A stretch of 64,000 bases of DNA from an uncultured Candidatus Saccharibacteria bacterium (GTDB taxonomy: Bacteria; Patescibacteriota; Minisyncoccia; Minisyncoccales; GWA2-46-15): positions 14,381 through 78,380 of the forward strand of contig CAYTHH010000001.1 in assembly GCA_964437545.1 (NCBI GenBank), written 5' to 3'. The position numbers were made by a program, and so were the translations under genes. The notes beneath the pieces are model-generated. The model made no database searches. It had not been told where the DNA came from and saw only the letters and a program-made list of their open reading frames with translations. Positions 58,167 through 64,000 of the stretch are shown piece after piece; position 1 is the first letter of the stretch; each line of letters starts with the position of its first letter.

Positions 58167-58598
58167 TTACTTTAACTCAATTTTAGCACCTGCCAATTCG
58201 AATTTCTTCTGGATTTCCTGAGCTTCTTCTTTCTTAACATTTTCCTTGATCATTTGCGGGGCCGAAACAGCAGCGTCAACCAAATCTTTGGCCTCTTTTA
58301 AGCCTTTTTGAGTCACATCTCTAACTGTTTTAATGACTTCAATTTTTTTGTCGCCGATTGTTTTTAACTCAATATTAAAGATACTCTTCTCTTCGGCTGG
58401 CTCAGCGCCAACTGTTGCTTCAGCCGTTGAAGCAGCCATAACTTGAGCTTGAGCCGAGACACCGAACTTTTTCTCTAACAATTTGACTAATTCAGCCAGA
58501 TCCAGTACCGACATGCCCTCTATTGCCTTGACCAAGTCTTTAAATTTTGCCGGTATGCTAACTTTCTCGGTTTCAGGAGTGTTTTTTTCTTCTGCCAT
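58167..58598 (-). CDS. rplL: 50S ribosomal protein L7/L12
   Basis: Ala-rich hinge plus C-terminal domain KIEVIKTVRDVTQKGLKEAKDLVD. Confidence 0.9.
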   Translation of the reverse strand: MAEEKNTPETEKVSIPAKFKDLVKAIEGMSVLDLAELVKLLEKKFGVSAQAQVMAASTAEATVGAEPAEEKSIFNIELKTIGDKKIEVIKTVRDVTQKGLKEAKDLVDAAVSAPQMIKENVKKEEAQEIQKKFELAGAKIELK

Positions 58599-58645
58599 GT
58601 TATTTAAATTATTTGATTAATTTATATTTATAAATCGACGGAACA

Positions 58646-59167
58646 TCATTTTTTAATGTTTACTAAGACATAAACCAGACCTTTAATATTTCCCCGCAGA
58701 ACATTAGCAAAACCTGAAATCGGGCTTTTAAAAGTGGAAAACAGCTGGCTCAGCAATTCTTGTTTTGAAGGCAATTGAGCCACTGCCATGACTTCTTCTC
58801 TATTAAGAAGATTATCATCCAGGATTCCAGCGATAAACCTTAGGTTTTCGTTTGTTTTGGCAAAATCATAAAAAGATTTCAAGGGCTTGATCGGATCTTC
58901 AAAACCGAACAAAACAGCTATTTCTCCAGACATAGTTTTGGCATTAATCTTGTCGCCGATCTCTTTCTTGCTTTTTATAGCCAGATCAATCAAGGTTTTT
59001 TTGGCAACCTTAAGATTACCCATGGCTTGCTTAGCTTTTTTTCTTAAGCTGACAATTTCTTTGACTTTTAAGCCTTGAATATCAACAAAGACAATCGATT
59101 TTGCCTTAGCTAGGCTCTCGCTTAGTTCTTGAACTGTTTTTGTTTTTTGTTCTTTTGTTTTTGGCAT
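58646..59167 (-). CDS. rplJ: 50S ribosomal protein L10
   Basis: 173 aa, directly upstream of rplL. Confidence 0.85.
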   Translation of the reverse strand: MPKTKEQKTKTVQELSESLAKAKSIVFVDIQGLKVKEIVSLRKKAKQAMGNLKVAKKTLIDLAIKSKKEIGDKINAKTMSGEIAVLFGFEDPIKPLKSFYDFAKTNENLRFIAGILDDNLLNREEVMAVAQLPSKQELLSQLFSTFKSPISGFANVLRGNIKGLVYVLVNIKK

Positions 59168-59340
59168 GTTTTTGGATTAAAAAACTGCGGTTTTGCCGCA
59201 GAGAGGCTCCCAATCATTTAAAATTTTGGGTTTTGCCTCGGCAGGTTTTATTTGTCCGCTATAGTTTTAACGAAGGCGGATACTACTTTATGCCAATACC
59301 TGCTGTCTGCAGCTTTAATGATTATATCCTATCAAGGCCT
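59168..59340 (-). promoter_or_regulatory. possible L10 (rplJ) leader
   Basis: 170-nt untranslated region upstream of rplJ with several GC-rich stems (gcggttttgccgc, gcctcggcagg). The assignment is positional only. Confidence 0.25.
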
Positions 59341-59868
59341 TTAGAGCTTGTCAATGATTTCAGCAGCAAAAAGTTTGGCAGTAATCGGACTTGAGGCAGT
59401 AATAATTTTATTGTCAGTCACGACAGGTTTGGCAAAATACTCTGCCCCTTCTTTTTTTAAAACATTAACAAAGCTTTTATCAAGATTTGAAGACCAGACC
59501 GTAGCTTTTCTGTTTTTAAGGACGCCGGCTTTAGCTAAGATGGCTGGGGCAATGCAGATAGCTGCAAGAAGTTTTTTATTTAGGACTGCTTCCAGGGCAA
59601 GACGATGGGCGCTCGGGTCTTCAAGATATTGGGATGATCCTGAACCGCCGATGAAAATAATGGCGTCAAAATTCTTGACTTTCAGGTCTTGCATTAACAG
59701 CTCTACCTCGGCTTCATTTCCATAAGCTCCAACAGCTTTTCCCAGTCTATTGCTAACAGTGGTTGTTTTGAACCCAGCTTTTTCAAAGGCTTGTTTTGGA
59801 ACCAGATATTCTTCATCGTTAAAATCTCGGAAAGCAATCACTAGGGCGATTTTCTTTTCAGACGGCAT
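59341..59868 (-). CDS. DJ-1/PfpI family protein
   Basis: Nucleophile-elbow Cys in AICIAPAILA, 175 aa. Confidence 0.75.
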   Translation of the reverse strand: MPSEKKIALVIAFRDFNDEEYLVPKQAFEKAGFKTTTVSNRLGKAVGAYGNEAEVELLMQDLKVKNFDAIIFIGGSGSSQYLEDPSAHRLALEAVLNKKLLAAICIAPAILAKAGVLKNRKATVWSSNLDKSFVNVLKKEGAEYFAKPVVTDNKIITASSPITAKLFAAEIIDKL

Positions 59869-59872
59869 CTTA

Positions 59873-60856
59873 TTACTTTAGATATTTAATAACAGCACGG
59901 TTATGTTCTTCAAGAGTTTTACTGAAAATGGTTTCATTGTTCGGAGCTGACAAATAGTACAGGTATGGGCTTGTTTCAGGATAAATAGCAGCTAAAATGC
60001 TATCTAGGCCTGGATTTGAGATAGGTCCAGGAGGCAACCCCTTGTGCTTGTAAGTATTGTAGGGAAAATCTATTTTTGTGTCTGCTCCTGATATTTTTTT
60101 GTCCAAACCGTAAACCAGAGAGGCGTCGATATTAAGCAACATGTCGAGCTCTATCCTTTTCCACAGAATACCAGCAACAATCTTTTTGTCTGCGGTGCTT
60201 AACACCTCTTTTTCCAATAAAGAAGCCATATTAATAATTTCAAAAATGGTCTTGTTTTGTCTATTGATTTCTGATCTTAAGTCAGGATTTAATTTTTGAT
60301 CAAGGTTGCCAAGCATTTTTCTGATCAGAACTTCTGAACCGTCGGTTATCTTTAAATAATAGGTGTCGGGAAAAAGATAGCCTTCAAGATTAAGACCATC
60401 GGGTTTATCCTTTAAAAAAGAAAAATCAATTGAATAATCTTTAGATAAAGCATCAAAAAATTCATTATCTTTAATCAGATTCTCGGCTTTCAGATAATCA
60501 TTAATATCTTTAATGGTCCAGCCTTCGGGAATGATCAAAGTTTTTTTGGCAACATCACCATTCATGATTTTAGCGGCAATTACTAACGGGGACATAGTCT
60601 GAGATAAGTAATAATTTCCGGTCTGAAGCCGGTTAAGCCCTCCTTTTAGAGTTACGGCTATTTCAAAGAATAAATGATTTTTAATTAATTCTTGCTGTTC
60701 AAGATTTTTAGCAATGACAAAAACATCTTCTCCGTTTGAAACCGAAAAAAGTTTTTCATTTCCCGGAACTTGGCAATAAGAGCTGCAAATACTGACAAAG
60801 ATAATAACAGAGATAACCAGAATAATTGTCAGCCCGCCGATTAAAATTTTTTTCAT
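59873..60856 (-). CDS. mltG: endolytic murein transglycosylase MltG (YceG family)
   Basis: N-terminal TM plus YceG-like domain, 327 aa. Confidence 0.7.
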   Translation of the reverse strand: MKKILIGGLTIILVISVIIFVSICSSYCQVPGNEKLFSVSNGEDVFVIAKNLEQQELIKNHLFFEIAVTLKGGLNRLQTGNYYLSQTMSPLVIAAKIMNGDVAKKTLIIPEGWTIKDINDYLKAENLIKDNEFFDALSKDYSIDFSFLKDKPDGLNLEGYLFPDTYYLKITDGSEVLIRKMLGNLDQKLNPDLRSEINRQNKTIFEIINMASLLEKEVLSTADKKIVAGILWKRIELDMLLNIDASLVYGLDKKISGADTKIDFPYNTYKHKGLPPGPISNPGLDSILAAIYPETSPYLYYLSAPNNETIFSKTLEEHNRAVIKYLK

Positions 60857-60865
60857 ATTTTGTTT

Positions 60866-61498
60866 CTATATAAAAGGCACGAAGATAAATCCTGGATATT
60901 CTTTTTCTTCAAATTCTCCATTGACTAATTTTTTAAAAGTCCAAATAGAGTTTTTTATGGGAGTGACAATAACGCCGTTGGTTGCAAGTTGCTCTTTCCA
61001 TGCCAAAGGCAGATCTTTTTCCTGCAAGCTGGCTGAGGCCATGATCCGATCAAAAGGAGCTTCTTTGGGGTAGCCTTTTGATCCGTCAGTACAAACAAAC
61101 TTTATATTACCTTGGTATTTGATGGCATTGTTTTTTCCGAATTCCTTGAGCTCAGGAATAATTTCTATAGCAATAACTTTGCCTTGCTTGCCGACAATAT
61201 CAGCCAAAAGCGCGCTAGTCCAGCCAGATCCGGAACCGATATCTAAGATTTTGTGTCCTGGCTGAGGGCAAAGTAACTCTAGCATAAAAGCAACTACCAG
61301 GGGTTGGGAGATTGTCTGGCCAAGGCCGATTGGTAAAGCTTCGTCCAGTTCGGCCAGATTTTTAATATCCTCAGGCAAACTCGCCTTCGCTAAGGCTTCG
61401 GCGGGTAAGAAATCAACCCTCTTTATCTTTTTAAAAGCCTCAATAATTTGCGGTGTCTTTAACCAATTTTCAGCAATAAGAAAATCAATTAGATTCAT
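60866..61498 (-). CDS. pcm: protein-L-isoaspartate O-methyltransferase
   Basis: ISQPLVVAFMLELL and SAM motif ILDIGSGSGWTSALLA. Confidence 0.8.
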   Translation of the reverse strand: MNLIDFLIAENWLKTPQIIEAFKKIKRVDFLPAEALAKASLPEDIKNLAELDEALPIGLGQTISQPLVVAFMLELLCPQPGHKILDIGSGSGWTSALLADIVGKQGKVIAIEIIPELKEFGKNNAIKYQGNIKFVCTDGSKGYPKEAPFDRIMASASLQEKDLPLAWKEQLATNGVIVTPIKNSIWTFKKLVNGEFEEKEYPGFIFVPFI

Positions 61499-61974
61499 GA
61501 TTTATTCAGATCTTGTTTTACCTTTATTTTTTGAAAGAACCCCAATCTTTCAATGAACAAAATACCATTAAGATGATCGATTTCGTGTTGAAAAACCCGA
61601 GCTGAAAAATCCTTAGCTTTTAATGAAATTTCCTTGCCATTTTCGTTTAAGGCCTTAACCTTAATTTCTTTAGATCTTTTTATATCAAGCCAAAGTCCCG
61701 GGAAGCTCAGGCAACCTTCTTTGTCCTTAGTTTTTTTAAGGCTTTTTGATGTGATTTGAGGATTAATAAAAGCAGTTTGACCGTGTTGGGTATTAATAAT
61801 AATAACTTTTTTGGAAACGTTAACCTGGGGAGCAGCCAGGCCTGCGCCTTGCTCTGCCGTCAAGGTCTCTTTCATATTAAAAATCAACTCTTTAATTTCA
61901 GAAGTTATTTCCTTTACTTTTTCAGTTCTTTTCTTAAGAACTGGATCTGGATATTTTTTGATTTCAAGAATCAT
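61495..61974 (-). CDS. def: peptide deformylase
   Basis: GxGxAAxQ (GAGLAAPQV), EGCLSFPG and HEIDHLNG motifs. Start placed at MILEIKK because the longer ORF would overlap tRNA-Trp. Confidence 0.85.
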   Translation of the reverse strand: MILEIKKYPDPVLKKRTEKVKEITSEIKELIFNMKETLTAEQGAGLAAPQVNVSKKVIIINTQHGQTAFINPQITSKSLKKTKDKEGCLSFPGLWLDIKRSKEIKVKALNENGKEISLKAKDFSARVFQHEIDHLNGILFIERLGFFQKIKVKQDLNKS

Positions 61975-62015
61975 ATTTGTGCGGGGATGCCTGGATTCGC
62001 CCCCCACCAATTTAG

Positions 62016-62086
62016 CGGGGACACTCCGACTTGAACGGAGATCAGCGGTTTTGGAGACCGCCATTCTGCCATTGAACTATGTCCCC
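62016..62086 (-). tRNA. tRNA-Trp (anticodon CCA)
   Basis: Acceptor GGGGACA/TGTCCCC, anticodon loop CTCCAAA, T-loop TTCAAGT. Confidence 0.75.
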
Positions 62087-62093
62087 ATATTTT

Positions 62094-62137
62094 GGCGGGG
62101 GGTTAGAGACGCCATTTTACCATTGAACCACCTCCCC
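62094..62137 (-). other. tRNA-Trp-like 5' fragment with an aberrant 12-nt anticodon loop
   Basis: GGGGAGGTGGTTCAATGGTAAAATGGCGTCTCTAACCCCCCGCC parallels the tRNA-Trp 5' half. A G-rich complement lies on the other side of tRNA-Trp at 61981-62015. Confidence 0.45.
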
Positions 62138-62170
62138 TCTTTAATAATTATAATACACTAAAAAAGTTTT

Positions 62171-63136
62171 TCAATGTTTTTCTTCTATTAGCTGATTCAG
62201 AACTTTTTTTACTAAACCAAGGCTTTCTTCATCAATAACCGAGATAGCCATTACTTGCTTATTGGCTTTTTTCAATTGTTTTAACTTTTCGTTTACCTCT
62301 TTGGGCTTCAGCAAATCAGCTTTGGCTAAAAGAACATATTCAGGCTTTGATAATAGCTTGGGATTGTAGGCAGCCAGCTCATCCCTAATTACTTGATAGT
62401 CTTTGGCTAAATCTAAAGACTCAGCTGAAACCAAATGAAAAAGGGTTTTGGTCCTTTCGATATGGCGCAAGAACTTAATTCCCAACCCCTTGCCGCCTGA
62501 AGCTCCTTCAATCAAACCAGGAATATCAGCCAGGATTAATTCATAATAGGTTCCTAGATTTGGATCAAGAGTGGTAAAAGGATAATTAGCCACTTTGCTT
62601 TTAGCATTAGTTAATTCGTTGAGCAAGCTTGATTTGCCGGCATTAGGTAGGCCAATCAGACCAACGTCAGCGATTAGCTTTAATTCAAGCCTTAATTCAA
62701 ATTCCTGGCCCATTGTGCCTTCCTGGAATTGTTTCGGAGTAGTATTAGTTGAAGATCTGAATTTAAAGTTGCCCTTGCCACCCCGTCCCCCTTTAGCTAT
62801 TAAAAGGCGCTGGCCAAGACTGATAATTTCTTGTCCTTCATTGGTAGTTAGATTGTATATAACGGTTCCGACTGGCACTCTGAGGGTTAAGTCATCAGCA
62901 TCTTGGCCGTCGTTAAATTGGGCTTTGCCGTTTTTACCATCTTCAGCTGTGACTACTTTTTTATAACGGAATTGATTAAGACTGCTTAAATTAGAAATTC
63001 CTTCAAGGTAAATACTGCCACCCTTGCCGCCATCTGCTCCGGTTGGTCCCAAAGACATTTGATTCTTATTAAAAGCCACGGCGCCATCCCCACCTTTACC
63101 AGCTTTAACTGTAATTTTAATGTTGTCAATTAGCAT
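62171..63136 (-). CDS. obg: GTPase Obg
   Basis: Obg fold N-terminus (KAGKGGDGAVAF), G1 GLPNAGKSSL, G3 DIPG. Short form of 321 aa. Confidence 0.85.
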   Translation of the reverse strand: MLIDNIKITVKAGKGGDGAVAFNKNQMSLGPTGADGGKGGSIYLEGISNLSSLNQFRYKKVVTAEDGKNGKAQFNDGQDADDLTLRVPVGTVIYNLTTNEGQEIISLGQRLLIAKGGRGGKGNFKFRSSTNTTPKQFQEGTMGQEFELRLELKLIADVGLIGLPNAGKSSLLNELTNAKSKVANYPFTTLDPNLGTYYELILADIPGLIEGASGGKGLGIKFLRHIERTKTLFHLVSAESLDLAKDYQVIRDELAAYNPKLLSKPEYVLLAKADLLKPKEVNEKLKQLKKANKQVMAISVIDEESLGLVKKVLNQLIEEKH

Positions 63137-63282
63137 TGATTTACTCTAGCAGAGAATTGCCTTTCTGGCGATAAACTAAAAAGCAGTTCGAGGTCAGACC
63201 TCGGGACACTTTTCTATTGTTTTGACGATAAAATAAAGGCAGGCTCCAAAAGGAGTCTGCTGGGAATAACCAAAAACTTGGT

Positions 63283-63444
63283 TTAACGTTTTACTTCTTT
63301 GTGAAGGGTATGGGCTTTACACCACTTGCAATACTTTTTCATTTCCAGCTTTTTTTCAGCTGCGCCTTTTGACTTTTTGGTAAAATAGTTTACCCGTTTG
63401 CACTCTGAACACTGAATTTTGAGGTGAGGTTTTTTAACTGCCAT
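63283..63444 (-). CDS. rpmG: 50S ribosomal protein L33
   Basis: Translates to MAVKKPHLKIQCSECKRVNYFTKKSKGAAEKKLEMKKYCKWCKAHTLHKEVKR. L33 Cys4 ribbon and KKYC...HTLHKE signature. Missed by the ORF track because it is under 60 aa. Confidence 0.8.
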   Translation of the reverse strand: MAVKKPHLKIQCSECKRVNYFTKKSKGAAEKKLEMKKYCKWCKAHTLHKEVKR

Positions 63445-63488
63445 AAAATTTCCTACGAATTACGAATAATTACGAATATACGAATTTG

Positions 63489-63561
63489 AGCCCGAGCGCA
63501 GATTTGCACTGCGGACCTCATTCTTACCAAGAATGTGCTCTGCTACCTGAGCTACTCGGGC
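63489..63561 (-). tRNA. tRNA-Thr (anticodon GGT)
   Basis: Acceptor GCCCGAG/CTCGGGC, anticodon loop TTGGTAA, T-arm CGCAGTGCAAATCTGCG. Confidence 0.75.
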
Positions 63562-63602
63562 GATGTTTTATTCTAAGTCATGGCAGTGATAAAATCAAGC
63601 CC

Positions 63603-63659
63603 TTGACATGGTTTTAATTATTAATTAAACTGTTTAAATCAGACCTTATTAGTCTGATT
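63603..63659 (+). promoter_or_regulatory. putative promoter (TTGACA...TAAACT) and perfect 8-7-8 palindrome AATCAGAC-N7-GTCTGATT upstream of the Rrf2 gene
   Basis: Palindrome at 63637-63659, about 30 nt before the GTG start. Rrf2 regulators typically autoregulate through such inverted repeats. Confidence 0.4.
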
Positions 63660-63689
63660 AGTTATAAATCCATTAATAAAAATATAGTC

Positions 63690-64000
63690 GTGAAACTATC
63701 AACAAAAACATATTATGGCTTAAGGGCAATCATTTGTCTTGCCGAAGAGGAAAAACCTTGCTCGGTAAGGGAAATAAGTGCCAAAGAAAAGATTCCAAGA
63801 AAGTACTTGGAAAAGATTTTTCAAGAACTTAGAAGTGACGGTTTTTTAATTTCCCACAAAGGCAGCAGCGGTGGTTATTCTTTAGCCAGACCATCTACAA
63901 AGATTAAAGCTGGTGATATTATCATGGCGCTTGAAAAAGAAGCATTTTTAACTAAATGCCAAACAAGTTGTCCCATGGCTGGTCAGTGTACCGCTAAAAC
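63690..64000 (+). CDS. Rrf2 family transcriptional regulator (N-terminal part, continues past window end)
   Basis: GTG start, VKLSTKTYYGLRAIICLA wHTH N-terminus, C-terminal Cys residues begin to appear (CQTSCPMAGQC). Confidence 0.75.
   Translation, partial: MKLSTKTYYGLRAIICLAEEEKPCSVREISAKEKIPRKYLEKIFQELRSDGFLISHKGSSGGYSLARPSTKIKAGDIIMALEKEAFLTKCQTSCPMAGQCTAK

Noticed and set aside
61975-62064. Long N-terminal extension of def (ORF track start at 62064)
   Set aside because: It overlaps tRNA-Trp on the same strand. The conserved Def sequence begins at MILEIKK (61974).

Overview
This is a 64 kb AT-rich, gene-dense bacterial chromosome segment, with most genes on the minus strand. The gene content is consistent with a small-genome Candidate Phyla Radiation (Patescibacteria) type organism, which I infer from composition and gene content and cannot prove from sequence alone. 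The backbone is housekeeping: an acs fragment, gap, a phosphoglycerate-mutase-family gene, murC, fmt, efp, dnaX, cysS, dnaB, recR, rplU, rmuC, mutM, the dcw cluster mraZ-rsmH-ftsL-ftsI, a clpC/clpB-like gene, rplJ-rplL, mltG, pcm, def, obg and rpmG, plus a partial Rrf2 regulator. RNA genes are tRNA-Gln(TTG), tRNA-Glu(CTC), tRNA-Val(CAC), tRNA-Trp(CCA) and tRNA-Thr(GGT). Three accessory regions stand out. (1) At 6.7-14.3 kb, a pyruvoyl-dependent histidine-decarboxylase-family proenzyme (HdcA-like, strong motif match) sits with an unknown 255-aa protein, two paralogous orphan sensor kinases, a PaaK/F390-synthetase-like adenylating enzyme and a ThiF/E1-like enzyme. The segment is bracketed by a perfect 88-bp direct repeat that includes a duplicated murC 5' end, so it looks recently inserted or recombined. 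(2) At 29.1-32.0 kb, a higher-GC decayed integrative element abuts tRNA-Gln. It carries a frameshifted large-serine-recombinase remnant, an ANT(3'')-like aminoglycoside nucleotidyltransferase C-terminal fragment and an unknown multi-TM protein. (3) An ABC/membrane-fusion efflux module (MacAB-like) lies beside an ECF sigma factor and a P2-type cation ATPase. Further observations: 7-bp-period in-frame simple repeats inside murC, a shared ~75-nt leader element upstream of the ECF sigma gene and dnaB, several tandem repeats, a palindromic hairpin family, a DnaA-box cluster upstream of mraZ, an MFS-NUDIX fusion, and tRNA genes flanked by half-tRNA-like fragments.
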